Origin: a virus
Lineage: Duplodnaviria; Heunggongvirae; Uroviricota; Caudoviricetes
DNA length: 64,000 bases
IMG/VR virus record: IMGVR_UViG_3300044765_000092
Location: 1-64,000 of that record
Direction: 5' to 3' (one strand)
A model generated the notes under the pieces. That model worked only from the letters and a program-made list of their open reading frames with translations, was not told the origin of the DNA and ran no database searches. The position numbers and the translations under genes are program-made. Position 1 is the stretch's first letter. Each line of letters opens with the position of its first letter. This document shows positions 9,950 through 20,158 of the stretch, one piece after another.

Positions 9950-12900
9950 ATGTTTCTCGTGACCAACCAGACGTCCAGCGTACTCGCTTTTGGACGGGTC
10001 AACATTCCGCCACAGACAGCTGAGTACGTTGACGATTCGTACTATACCAAACTGGTGACGATGCAGGCCCAGGGCCTCATCACGTTCACGCAGACTAGCA
10101 GTGATAGCCCGCCTCCTCTCCCGGGTTCCGGTGGAGCTGGTACTGGCGACACCGTGACCAATGTATCGTCTGCGGTTGACGGCCAGATTGCTGTCTTCAG
10201 CGGCACGACGGGTAAGGTACTGACTACTGCGTCGGGCACCGGCCCCGTCAAAGTGAGCTCTGGTGTTCTGAGTGTCACTCAGATCAACCTGGCTTCGTCT
10301 TCTGAAGTGACTGGCAATCTTCCAGTCACGAATCTGAATAGTGGCACCAATGCCCTGAACACAACTGTGTGGGCAGGTGACGGCACCTGGAAACAGGTAG
10401 TTCAGAACAATCTGAACACCTCGTCTACCATTGCTCCGTCGGCTGACGCAGTCAATAACGCTATCTCCACGATTAATACATCGTTGGGAACCAAGGCCGT
10501 TGACACTGCGGTAGTCCACAACACAGGCAATGAGTCGATCAGTGGCACAAAGACTTTCACGTCGAGCCCTGTGGTTCCGACCCCGAGCGCCAACGACAAC
10601 AGTACCAAGAGTGCGTCTACTGCGTATGTAGATTCGGCGATTTCTGCCCTGAACTCTGGCCTGTTGAAGATCAAGGGCAACATCGATTGCAGCGCCAGCC
10701 CCAACTATCCGTCGGCTACTCAGGGCGACGCATACGCCGTCTCGGTCACAGGTAAGATCGGTGGCGCTTCTGGTACTGCGGTCGAAGCTGGTAATCTGCT
10801 GCTCTGTACAGCGGCTACAAGCGCGGCCGGTAATCAAGCGACAGTCGGTTCCAACTGGATTATCCTGGAACACAATCTACAGGCTCCGTTGCTGGCAGCC
10901 AATAACCTGAGCGAAGTCAATCCAGCAACCGCTCGTACGAATCTCGGCGCCGGTGACACGAGCTCCAACACCTCGACGTCGGTTGACAGCGAAATTGCGC
11001 TCTTCAGCGGTGCCTCTGGCAAGACGATCAAGCGTGCCACTGGTACCGGCTTTGTCAAAGTCGCGTCCGGTGTGATGAGTACGAGCGCGTCAGTCAATCT
11101 GGCTACGGATGTTACTGGCAATCTACCAGTCGGCAATCTGGCGAGCGGTACTGGTGCGAGCGCCACTACTTTTTGGCGTGGCGACGGAACGTGGGCAACA
11201 CCTGCCGGTTCTGGTGACGTCAGTTCTAATACTTCCACGGCTGTTGACGGTGAAATTGCCCTGTTCAATGGTACGACTGGTAAGTCGATCAAGCGCGCTA
11301 CTGGCTCGGGTCCTGCTCGTCTGACGTCCGGTGTTCTGTCTACTGCGTCAATCAATCTTGCGTCAGCTGACGTGACGGGCAATCTGCCCGTCACCAACTT
11401 GAATAGCGGAACGAGCGCCAGCGCCACTACTTTCTGGCGCGGTGATGGTACATGGGCCACTCCTGCTGGTGGCACTGGAACGGTCACTAACACTGGCGGT
11501 AGTCTGGCTTCGAACTCTCTGGTTCTTGGCGCTGGCACTAACGACACAAAGACGGTTGCTGGTATTACGACTGATGGTGCTTCGAAGATCAATCTTGGTC
11601 AACCAGGAGTGATCACTGGTTCTGTGTCGTTCGCTAACACGACAAGTGGTTCAGTCACCATTGCTCCGCCCAACACCGGAGCGCTGGGCGCCGCGGCCCT
11701 CACACTGCCTATCGCAACCGATACGCTGGTGGGTCGTGCTACGACTGATGTGTTGACCAACAAAACGATCACTGGTGCGTCGAACTCGTTGACTGTTCGT
11801 CTTGCGAATGATGTGACTGGCAACCTCCCGGTCGCCAATCTTAACAACGGCACTGGTGCCTCGAGTTCCACTTTCTGGCGTGGTGATGGTACATGGGCCA
11901 CTCCGCCGACGACAAGCGGCACAGTCACTAACACAGGTGGCAGTCTGACGGCCAATGCTCTGGTCCTCGGCGCTGGCGGTGCTGACACTAAGGTTGCGGC
12001 TGGTATCACAACTGACGGGACGAGCGCGCTTACTCTTGGTGTGCCAAGCACATCGACTGGTAGCGTGGTTATGAACCAGGCGAACAATGCGTTTGCCGTC
12101 ACTCTCCAGCCGAACGTCGGAGCCACAGTCAGCACTACGCTGCTCCTTCCAGTCAACGCGGCTACTGTTCTGGTGGGTCGCACGACGACTGACACCCTGA
12201 CCAACAAGACGATCAACGGTGCGTCTAACACACTGACTGTTCGTCTGGCTAACGACGTGACCGGTAATCTGCCCGTCACTAACCTCAATAGTGGTACCGG
12301 AGCTAGTTCTACCACTTTCTGGCGAGGGGACGGTACTTGGGCGACTCCGGCTGGTGGCGGCAATGTATCAAACGCTGGAACACCTACTAATGGTCAGGCT
12401 GCTGAATGGACATCGGCGACTACGGTTCAAGGTGTTTCGGTCACAGGTACTGGTAACTACGTCAAGGCTACGAGTCCGTCGATTGCGACACCTACACTGA
12501 CCGGCATTTGGACTGCGTCTGGTGCTCAGGTCACGGCTGCGGCCGCGATGGCGGGCACTGTGATCGACGTGACGCAGATGCTGAACAGCAAGAGTGTCGC
12601 TGTAGACACAACGTTCACTTTCAGTGGCACTCCGGCTACCGCCGATACTTGGTTTGGTCTCACATTGACAAACTCGGACACTGTTGATCATACGATCACA
12701 ATCCCGAGTTCGTATTCGATGAGTCGTCAGGCGACGATTACGACCTTTGTGCAGCCGGCTGGCACAACTTATCGCCTTCTGTGGCGATACACTGGCTCTG
12801 TGTACCGTCTGTTCGGCGAACCGGCTCCGGTATTCGACGCACAGGCAACGATTGCTAGTGCTGCGACTACCAATATCGGCTCGACCACGAGTGTCAACAT

Positions 12901-13510
12901 CAGCATTACGGGCACGACTACGATCACTAGCTTTGGCACTGCTACGGCTGGCACTTATCGTCAAGGTTCGTTTGCTGGTTCCCTGACACTGACATACAAC
13001 GCAACGTCGTTGATTCTGCCGGGAGGCGTGACCATCACTACCAAGGCTGGTGACACGTTCGGTGCCATCTCGTTGGGTGCTGGGAACTGGTTAGTTCTGT
13101 GGTATGTTCGTGCTGCTATTGCTGATACTCGTGCGGACCTCCAAGGCACTGGTCTCAACAACGGCGAAGTCGGGTTCCGTGGTATTCCGATCAATAGCCA
13201 GAGTGGCAGCTACTCACTGGTCGCTTCTGACGCTGGTGGTTGCATCTATCATCCGTCCGGAGCAGCGGCTGCTACCTACACGATTCCGGCCAACTCGTCT
13301 GTGGCGTATGCTGTTGGCACAACCATCATGATCGATAACGATCATGGCGCGAGCGGCGCCGTCACAATCGCGATCACGACAGATACGCTTGAACTCGTCG
13401 GATCCGCCGGTTCGACTGGCACTCGTACGTTGGCAATCGGTGGTCGGGCTACGATCCTCAAGGTTACGGCCACGAAGTGGCGTATTAGCGGAAGCGCGGA
13501 GCTTACATGA
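9950..13510 (+). CDS. Long tail fibre protein (1186 aa, modular repeats)
   Basis: G/T/S/A-rich; five VTGNLPVxNLxxGT...WxGDGTW repeats; C-terminal fibre-tip domain. Confidence 0.9.
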   Translation: MFLVTNQTSSVLAFGRVNIPPQTAEYVDDSYYTKLVTMQAQGLITFTQTSSDSPPPLPGSGGAGTGDTVTNVSSAVDGQIAVFSGTTGKVLTTASGTGPVKVSSGVLSVTQINLASSSEVTGNLPVTNLNSGTNALNTTVWAGDGTWKQVVQNNLNTSSTIAPSADAVNNAISTINTSLGTKAVDTAVVHNTGNESISGTKTFTSSPVVPTPSANDNSTKSASTAYVDSAISALNSGLLKIKGNIDCSASPNYPSATQGDAYAVSVTGKIGGASGTAVEAGNLLLCTAATSAAGNQATVGSNWIILEHNLQAPLLAANNLSEVNPATARTNLGAGDTSSNTSTSVDSEIALFSGASGKTIKRATGTGFVKVASGVMSTSASVNLATDVTGNLPVGNLASGTGASATTFWRGDGTWATPAGSGDVSSNTSTAVDGEIALFNGTTGKSIKRATGSGPARLTSGVLSTASINLASADVTGNLPVTNLNSGTSASATTFWRGDGTWATPAGGTGTVTNTGGSLASNSLVLGAGTNDTKTVAGITTDGASKINLGQPGVITGSVSFANTTSGSVTIAPPNTGALGAAALTLPIATDTLVGRATTDVLTNKTITGASNSLTVRLANDVTGNLPVANLNNGTGASSSTFWRGDGTWATPPTTSGTVTNTGGSLTANALVLGAGGADTKVAAGITTDGTSALTLGVPSTSTGSVVMNQANNAFAVTLQPNVGATVSTTLLLPVNAATVLVGRTTTDTLTNKTINGASNTLTVRLANDVTGNLPVTNLNSGTGASSTTFWRGDGTWATPAGGGNVSNAGTPTNGQAAEWTSATTVQGVSVTGTGNYVKATSPSIATPTLTGIWTASGAQVTAAAAMAGTVIDVTQMLNSKSVAVDTTFTFSGTPATADTWFGLTLTNSDTVDHTITIPSSYSMSRQATITTFVQPAGTTYRLLWRYTGSVYRLFGEPAPVFDAQATIASAATTNIGSTTSVNISITGTTTITSFGTATAGTYRQGSFAGSLTLTYNATSLILPGGVTITTKAGDTFGAISLGAGNWLVLWYVRAAIADTRADLQGTGLNNGEVGFRGIPINSQSGSYSLVASDAGGCIYHPSGAAAATYTIPANSSVAYAVGTTIMIDNDHGASGAVTIAITTDTLELVGSAGSTGTRTLAIGGRATILKVTATKWRISGSAELT
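10307..12349 (+). repeat. Five dispersed ~90-bp coding repeats in the long fibre gene
   Basis: Units start near 10307, 11111, 11372, 11813 and 12257; synonymously diverged. Confidence 0.85.
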
Positions 13511-15387
13511 GTGGTGCTATTCTTGCTGCAATTTCCTCGTTGCTTGGTGTCGTAAGCAATACGAAGAACATTGTCTCCAAGACATGGTCGCTGCAAGCTA
13601 GTTTTGATGGAGTCAAGTACGGTCTGTACCCAAATGGCGACAAGCCTGCTGGGTACCAGACTGCTCCGACTCTGTTGGCAAACGACGTAGCAGACGGCCA
13701 GATTACTGGAGGCATCAACGGCAACGGGGTACCAATCCGATTGTTCGGCTATTCATTTGGTACCCGATCCAATCTTGGTCTCACGACAGGGGCCAAGGTT
13801 TATTTTCGTGACCCGTTGGGTGACAATCTATGGCATGAATGCGCATACTACTGGTATCTGTCAACGAGCAAAGTCTATTCAAAACTACAGATCCAAGAGC
13901 TTTGCATCGAGCCCGGGGCACTCGGCGGCTCGATGGTTAACGGTCGGTCTTTGGATATCAAAGTCACCGTCAATGGTACTGACACCAATATCCTGACTGC
14001 TGCGTTTAAGATTCAGCCCGGGAACTTTTTCTACGTAGACCACCAGAACGGTAGTGACACTACCGGAGCTGTCAACGATAAGACTAAACCATTTCAACAT
14101 CTACAAGTCTACAACACCGGAACAAGCTCTTACACAGGGTTGTGGGCGTCCCTGACTTCGACAGGAGGTGACACAATCCTGGTCAAGGGCACGACCTCCG
14201 ATAACCTCGGTGTAGAAGGCAAGTATTGCCGTTTCTACTCAAAGACTGGAAGCGTTGCCGACGGAACTACTGGAAAGGGATCAATCAAGATCCTCAACTG
14301 GCCTACGACTTCAGGTGCAAGCACTTGGTCGTTTACGGGGCCGGCGGCAGACAATGGCGGGATTCACGGCTCGATTAGCGGTCATTACGGGACTGACGGC
14401 AAATACGTCACCCTCTCTGGCTTTACTGGAGCAGGGAACGCGACCGGGAATAGTGATGCAGCTCCAATCAACGGTCAGTACGGGGCGATTGGTTGGCGAG
14501 TCTTCAACTGCGAGTCCCAATGGCAATCAACTGTCACTGGAACTAATCACGCCCGCGCTGGCGCCATCGCAGGGGAGTGGGAAAGCTCGCTCATCTTTGG
14601 TTGCCATCTTCACGATGTGTGGGGCGACTCCAACCAGGAAAACCACGGCATCTACATCGGCGATGGCGCAAATGTATGCTCGAAGAACGTTGAGATCGCC
14701 TACTGCTACATACACGACATCACTGCTGGCTCCGGCATTCAGTGCAACAACAGTGCGGCATCCGACACCTTCCAAGGCATCAAGACGCACCATTGCTGGA
14801 TCGAGAACGTCGCCAAGTACAGCATCAACGCCAACAACACAGTGCTGAGTTGGGATGTGTGGAATAACATCCTTGTCAACCCAAGTAAGAACATCTTCCG
14901 GGTCGGCACGCCTCAAGCAAGCGCAGTGTTGAATTTCGTACACAACACTTGTGTCCAGTCTAGCACGAACAACTCCTACACTGGTATGACGGCACAAGAA
15001 TCGGCAGGTATCACCAGTGGTACTACCAGTATCAAGCACAACATCTTCTATAAGGCAAACAATACTGGTGGCCTGACCTTCACTTCGTTTGGCTCCGGCG
15101 ACACCGGTGTTGCGATGGCGGAGAATCTGTACTTCGATGTCACTGGTACTGAAACTACAGCCCCGAGTAAGGACACAACTGGGATTTACGGTGATCCTAA
15201 GTTTACTGACTTCGTCAACAAACTGCTGACTTTGCAGACTGGTAGTCCGGCTATAGATGCTTGTGCCTCGGCTGAGGTGATCGCAGTAGCAAGTGATTTC
15301 TATGGTATGGCTCGTCCAGTCACTGGAACAAGCGCGCCTGGAGCTAGTAAGAACGATATCGGTGCTACAGAAGGGGTGGGTGTATAA
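13507..15387 (+). CDS. Tailspike / right-handed beta-helix depolymerase
   Basis: Parallel beta-helix pattern ([20 protein letters not shown]); C-terminal [21 protein letters not shown] motif; ATGA overlap with upstream gene. Confidence 0.8.
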   Translation: MSGAILAAISSLLGVVSNTKNIVSKTWSLQASFDGVKYGLYPNGDKPAGYQTAPTLLANDVADGQITGGINGNGVPIRLFGYSFGTRSNLGLTTGAKVYFRDPLGDNLWHECAYYWYLSTSKVYSKLQIQELCIEPGALGGSMVNGRSLDIKVTVNGTDTNILTAAFKIQPGNFFYVDHQNGSDTTGAVNDKTKPFQHLQVYNTGTSSYTGLWASLTSTGGDTILVKGTTSDNLGVEGKYCRFYSKTGSVADGTTGKGSIKILNWPTTSGASTWSFTGPAADNGGIHGSISGHYGTDGKYVTLSGFTGAGNATGNSDAAPINGQYGAIGWRVFNCESQWQSTVTGTNHARAGAIAGEWESSLIFGCHLHDVWGDSNQENHGIYIGDGANVCSKNVEIAYCYIHDITAGSGIQCNNSAASDTFQGIKTHHCWIENVAKYSINANNTVLSWDVWNNILVNPSKNIFRVGTPQASAVLNFVHNTCVQSSTNNSYTGMTAQESAGITSGTTSIKHNIFYKANNTGGLTFTSFGSGDTGVAMAENLYFDVTGTETTAPSKDTTGIYGDPKFTDFVNKLLTLQTGSPAIDACASAEVIAVASDFYGMARPVTGTSAPGASKNDIGATEGVGV

Positions 15388-16881
15388 ATGGCACACGCTT
15401 ATGTAGGAGGTGCGTCAAACGCTACGTCGTCGAGCGTAACCTCCGTATCAGCAACCTACGCACCGACCGCCGGTAATGGACTGTTAGTCACAGTCTATTA
15501 CCAGCAGAGCTCGAGCCGCGCATTCTCCGATATTCAGAATCAGAGTGGTACTTCGCTTAATCCTGTACTGCTGTACACCGGTGGTCTAGAGGACGCGTCG
15601 AACTACTCGGGTTTCTACGTGGCTTTCTGTCCCAATGTTCCATCAGGCATCACTGCCGTTAAGGGTGTGTTGGGATCTGCTAGCTCAGCAGGTATCGGTA
15701 TCGATGTGCGTGAATACTCGGGCCTAACGACTATTGGTAGTCAGGCAGTCGGTAACGCAGTCCAGAACACGTTCACAACAACAGCCAACGCGATCACCGC
15801 GTCTGCTACGCCAAACGCGCAGCCCGGTCTGATTTTCGCAGTTGCGACCAACGTGTCAGCCGGTGCATCACCACCCTCGGTGGGCACCGGCTTTACGTCG
15901 CGTGGCACTCCGTCTTTTGCTCTTGCATTCGGTACTGTTCAGTTCCGTATCGAAGATGGATCATATTCGTCGCTGTCATCGACTGCGGCGACCATGACCA
16001 ATGCTGGAGCAAGTGGCAACGAGATCCAAATGATCATGGGCTTGATCCCGGACGCAGCTCCGCCTGCGACTCTGTCAAGTCCAGCTCTGGCCTCGTATGC
16101 TGACGTTTCTGCCACTGGTACGGTCACAAGTGACACGGCCGGTGGTACTCTGTACGGTGCTATCACCAACACGAGTGCAACCCCGACGGCTGCCCAAATC
16201 AAGGCTGGTGGTGGCAATGTGGTGTCTCATACGAGCATCACAGCCGCGTCAGGTTCTAACAGCGTCACGATCACCGGGCTGACGGCAAGCACGACCTACT
16301 ATGGTCCGTGGTTTGTTGAGAACAACGGTTCTGACTCCAATATAGTCGGTCTTGCTACTTCGTTCACGACCAATCCACCCTCGCCAGCAATCAGCAGTTT
16401 GAGCAGTAGTTCCCCAACCGAGGGATCGACGCTGACCATAACGCTGACCAACGGTGGTGCGTCTCAGGGTACCGTTACTATTGGTGGAGTGAATCAAACG
16501 GTGACCTCATGGTCGGCAACGAGCATCCAAGTCACAGTTGTGTTGGGGTCCAACAAATATGGATCAGCGCTGAACCTGATCGTGACCTCGTCGTTGGGCT
16601 ATTCGAGCACTCCTTACAGCGTGTCTGGCGGCATACTTCCAGCCTCGGGTTGGTCATACATTAACATGACTACACCAAATGCTACAACAACTGCTCGTCT
16701 TACATCGGTGAGTGTTGACCTCGCGTCAGCTGACCAGATTCATTACGAGAACAAGAGCAATTTGGTGACGGTCGCAGCCGACGGAACAATTGCAGTTGAT
16801 TCGTCAGTCACATCCTGGCAGGCTCGTGCCTGGACCGCAACTTATGGTTGGGGTGCATACTCGACGCAGACTATGTTGTGA
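15388..16881 (+). CDS. Ser/Thr-rich virion adhesin with IPT/TIG (Ig-like) domain
   Basis: PAISSLS..GSTLTIT..QGTVTIGGVNQTVTSWSATSIQVTV. Confidence 0.7.
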   Translation: MAHAYVGGASNATSSSVTSVSATYAPTAGNGLLVTVYYQQSSSRAFSDIQNQSGTSLNPVLLYTGGLEDASNYSGFYVAFCPNVPSGITAVKGVLGSASSAGIGIDVREYSGLTTIGSQAVGNAVQNTFTTTANAITASATPNAQPGLIFAVATNVSAGASPPSVGTGFTSRGTPSFALAFGTVQFRIEDGSYSSLSSTAATMTNAGASGNEIQMIMGLIPDAAPPATLSSPALASYADVSATGTVTSDTAGGTLYGAITNTSATPTAAQIKAGGGNVVSHTSITAASGSNSVTITGLTASTTYYGPWFVENNGSDSNIVGLATSFTTNPPSPAISSLSSSSPTEGSTLTITLTNGGASQGTVTIGGVNQTVTSWSATSIQVTVVLGSNKYGSALNLIVTSSLGYSSTPYSVSGGILPASGWSYINMTTPNATTTARLTSVSVDLASADQIHYENKSNLVTVAADGTIAVDSSVTSWQARAWTATYGWGAYSTQTML

Positions 16882-16936
16882 TCAACGCGCGCGCGACTAA
16901 CGTCAGCATCCATAGAGTGTTACAGCTCTGTTACAG

Positions 16937-16974
16937 AATAGGCGGTGACCGAAAGGCATCGCCTATTTTTATTT
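16937..16974 (+). terminator. Intrinsic terminator ending the tail-fibre cluster
   Basis: aataggcggtg-a-cc-GAAA-gg-catcgcctatt followed by tttattt. Confidence 0.8.
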
Positions 16975-17009
16975 GGGCGCACAACCTCATAGCTGCTCAA
17001 GGACAAACA

Positions 17010-18176
17010 ATGGAACATCCAATTCTGCGCGTACTCTTTATTCTCAAACGACGTCATCCAGGACCTTATGGCCACTGGAACTACAGCCCTGATGGGCAAT
17101 CACTGCCAAGCGGTCTTAGCGTGTCAGCCAATCAGGTGGCAATCGCACTGAGCGAGCTCGGCATCGATAACAAGACGGTCCAAGTGGTTGACAACAACTG
17201 CATCGACCGCGAAGTCACGGCCTACAAGCCCACCCACGTCGTGATCGAGGCGTATTGGGTGGTTCCAGAGAAATTTGATGTGCTGAAGCGGCTGCATCCA
17301 GGTGTGACCTGGATCGTACGCAATCACTCGAAGACTGAGTTCTTGGCCAACGAAGGTATGGCCTACGGGTGGACAATCGAGTATCTGAAGCGCGATCTGT
17401 ATGTAGCGTGTAATTCCGGGACCGCCACTTGCGTCTTCAAAGAACTTGCGCAATCGATGGATCTCCCTCAATCGAGGGTGATCGAGCTATCCAACTACTA
17501 CGATCTAACTGGCGCTGAAGATCCACATGTCAGCCAGTTCAGTGTCTGGTGGCATAAGCTGCACCGGGAACTTGGTACCGAGCGGTCCAGTTTTCCGGCC
17601 GACCTCGAGACTGATGGCCTCCACATTGGTTGCTTTGGCGCCATACGTCCGTTGAAGAACCACATGAACCAGGCGCTGGCTGCCATTCGTGTAGCCGATC
17701 GTCTTGGAGTGGAACTCGCGTTCCACATCAACGGCAATCGTGTGGAGGGTAATGCCGACCCCTTTGTCAAGAACCTGCGCCAGTTGTTTGCCAAACACCC
17801 ACGCCATCACCTGATCGAACACGAATGGGCAGATCACGACAAGTTCCTACAGATCGTTCGGAACATGCATCTTGTGTCGCAGGTATCAGTGTCCGAGACC
17901 TTCAATATTGTGGCCGCTGACGCTGTATATTGTGGAGTCCCAGTCGTTGGTTCGGCCGAGATTCCGTGGTTAGACGATGAGTACGTGGCAGAACCTAACT
18001 GTGTCGCTAACATTGCTGACACAATGGAGTATGTGCTCCAGTATTCGGGCGAGCATGTTATTAACGGCACGATCAAGAGCCGCAAGCCCTACATTCATGC
18101 AGATCAACTCCAGGGTCTGCGCGAGTATGTGGGTGCAGCCAAACGTGAGTGGGCACGCTTTCTACTCGGTCGCTAA
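17010..18176 (+). CDS. Glycosyltransferase, GT-B fold (GT4-like)
   Basis: IGCFGAIRPLKN and SETFNIVAADAVYCGVPVVGS motifs; aagga RBS before ATG 17010. Confidence 0.8.
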   Translation: MEHPILRVLFILKRRHPGPYGHWNYSPDGQSLPSGLSVSANQVAIALSELGIDNKTVQVVDNNCIDREVTAYKPTHVVIEAYWVVPEKFDVLKRLHPGVTWIVRNHSKTEFLANEGMAYGWTIEYLKRDLYVACNSGTATCVFKELAQSMDLPQSRVIELSNYYDLTGAEDPHVSQFSVWWHKLHRELGTERSSFPADLETDGLHIGCFGAIRPLKNHMNQALAAIRVADRLGVELAFHINGNRVEGNADPFVKNLRQLFAKHPRHHLIEHEWADHDKFLQIVRNMHLVSQVSVSETFNIVAADAVYCGVPVVGSAEIPWLDDEYVAEPNCVANIADTMEYVLQYSGEHVINGTIKSRKPYIHADQLQGLREYVGAAKREWARFLLGR

Positions 18177-18181
18177 AACAC

Positions 18182-18208
18182 AAACGGGAACCCTAGGGTT
18201 CCCGTTTT
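18182..18208. terminator. Bidirectional terminator between convergent blocks
   Basis: Perfect 26-bp palindrome aaacgggaaccctagggttcccgttt. Confidence 0.85.
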
Positions 18209-18215
18209 CATTTGG

Positions 18216-19031
18216 CTATCGCTTGTACGAGCCCGGTACTGTTTCACCGGAGTAGGTTGTTGTTCCTCCGTCGCCGCCTGTGCCGCCGCCGCCACTGCCG
18301 GTCGACTGATCTGGTGTATATCCAGTCGGGCCGACCATCACCGTTACAGACGGAGAGGCTACCATCGGCGGTTCAGCATAAGGGGCTGGATTCACCCACG
18401 TAACGCCGCGGCCTTGCGTAAACTCACCGTATTCCAAGTGTCGAGCAATTGGATCTTTTCTGGTATTTGTCGTCTGCTCGTTGGTTTGATAGACAATCGT
18501 GCCGCCGACATGGTCTGGCGCGATGACGTTCGGCACCACTTGTTGCTGATACGTGTACATTGGAGTAAACGGGGTCGCCGGTGTCTCTTGGTGTTTGTGT
18601 TTGGCGATCAGGTCGTTTAGGGTCTCACCGTCACGAGGCGTTGGACCTTTCGGTGCATCCCTCTCGGCCCTGGCCTTGCGGATAGCTTCCCGCTTCTCCA
18701 ACACTAGGCCGAGATACGCGATGTAATCCTTGATGGTCTCGTCCAGCGATTCGGTTGACATCGGATCGTCCGATACGTCCAGGATATTCCATCCCAGCTT
18801 TTTCAACTGAGCATCCAGGCGGTCACCTTTGCGGATGATCGTGAAGTAGGCGCCGGTCCCACCACGCTTACACCAGCTGGATCCGTACTCAGCGTCTTTC
18901 TTCTTGCAGGTGGTCACGCACTCGGTCATGAGCTGTGCCATACGCTCGAAGTTCGTATACGGCACATACGACTGCATTTCAGTCGCGTTCTCCGTGTCTG
19001 TACGCTTATCCATCGTTCGCCGATCCGTCAC
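18216..19031 (-). CDS. Nucleotide-modification-associated helical protein (Nmad1/DUF1599-like) with low-complexity tail
   Basis: KKKDAEYGSSW...IIRKGDRL...ESLDETIKDYIAY; start overlaps the stop of the TS-like gene. Confidence 0.7.
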   Translation of the reverse strand: MTDRRTMDKRTDTENATEMQSYVPYTNFERMAQLMTECVTTCKKKDAEYGSSWCKRGGTGAYFTIIRKGDRLDAQLKKLGWNILDVSDDPMSTESLDETIKDYIAYLGLVLEKREAIRKARAERDAPKGPTPRDGETLNDLIAKHKHQETPATPFTPMYTYQQQVVPNVIAPDHVGGTIVYQTNEQTTNTRKDPIARHLEYGEFTQGRGVTWVNPAPYAEPPMVASPSVTVMVGPTGYTPDQSTGSGGGGTGGDGGTTTYSGETVPGSYKR

Positions 19032-20149
19032 TGCTTCTGTCCTTCCTTAGCTTTACGAGCTGCCACCCGACGCAGCAGCCACTGATAGCCATTTACCGTC
19101 CAGTCGGTTGCCGGCCCGAAGTTCGTGTCCAGGAAGTGCGCAGCTTCCTCTGGTCCCTTGTTCTTGTACAGCCAATAGGCCGAGCCCATAGGCCAGACCA
19201 CCTTTTGATAGAACTCAGTACCGAAGTCTTCGGCTTTCAGCCGGTCAAACGATTTGTACGCTTCAAGCAGCAGGATTGTGTCGGCATCGAATGCACCACG
19301 TTGATCTGCTCCGTCAAACAGATACGGTGTAGGATCGTAGTTGAACTTCGGCAAGCCTCTGGCCCATTCATCAGCATATTCCAGAGTAAACGCGTCGCTT
19401 ACGCGGTCCGTCCCATGGGCATAGTCCGACCGAATGAATCGCTTGGTGATGTCAAACTCCAGATACAGATGAAGATTCGAACTCACTTGATTGTAGACTC
19501 CTACGTCTACAGTCTTCCCATTGATCTGGCCGAGAGCACACGCCACGTACTCTTGTAGCATCGAGAAGTGCACGACATTGGCGCCCAACGCACCAAAGAT
19601 GCTATCGTTGCTACGGTTGAACACCGTCATGTCCAGTTCGTAGCTATGCCTCAGCTCTGTCAAGTAGAACGTGCATGCCAGATTGCAAGGCACGTCATAG
19701 GTACCGTTCTGAACAGACTTGGGATCGTGAAGACCATCCCACATTTGGAGCACCACGCGACGGCTTGCAGGGTCACGTGCAAGCTCAGGAATCACCCACT
19801 GGCTCAACTGATCGTGATTGAAATGATTGCGCCACCGATAGCCATACGCTCCGTTGAGTACCTTGCCATCGTCGCTGTAGTTCTTCATGTTGGACGCGTA
19901 GTAGGCAGGCAACTCTACGTCGTTGCGGCCACCGAGCATCCACAGGCTTTCCATCAGGTGGAAGAACGGATTGGCATCCCGTACCGGGCTCACAACCACC
20001 CGATTGCGTGGATTAGTCCACCGCAAAATCACTGGATTGCGGAACCGGAGTACCGGTCCGTTGCGGCTCTCGGATTTGAGGCCGCGGACCAAAATCTCCG
20101 GCAGTAGCAGTTGCTGCATCTTGTCGATGCTATGTGATTCGTATTCCAT
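19028..20149 (-). CDS. Thymidylate synthase superfamily, probable dUMP hydroxymethylase
   Basis: ANPFFHLMESLWML, YGYRWR, SRRVVL, catalytic PCN, RSND...GAN (Asn at the dUMP-specificity position), NLHLY; context next to a 5-hmdU kinase-family gene. Confidence 0.85.
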   Translation of the reverse strand: MEYESHSIDKMQQLLLPEILVRGLKSESRNGPVLRFRNPVILRWTNPRNRVVVSPVRDANPFFHLMESLWMLGGRNDVELPAYYASNMKNYSDDGKVLNGAYGYRWRNHFNHDQLSQWVIPELARDPASRRVVLQMWDGLHDPKSVQNGTYDVPCNLACTFYLTELRHSYELDMTVFNRSNDSIFGALGANVVHFSMLQEYVACALGQINGKTVDVGVYNQVSSNLHLYLEFDITKRFIRSDYAHGTDRVSDAFTLEYADEWARGLPKFNYDPTPYLFDGADQRGAFDADTILLLEAYKSFDRLKAEDFGTEFYQKVVWPMGSAYWLYKNKGPEEAAHFLDTNFGPATDWTVNGYQWLLRRVAARKAKEGQKQ

Positions 20150-20158
20150 GGCTTGTGA

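Noticed and set aside
9143-10873. 576-aa antisense ORF and many similar long opposite-strand ORFs (for example 7141..8106, 14527..15396, 31871..32770, 49022..49924)
   Set aside because: They shadow well-supported genes, have no motifs, and are expected from codon bias.
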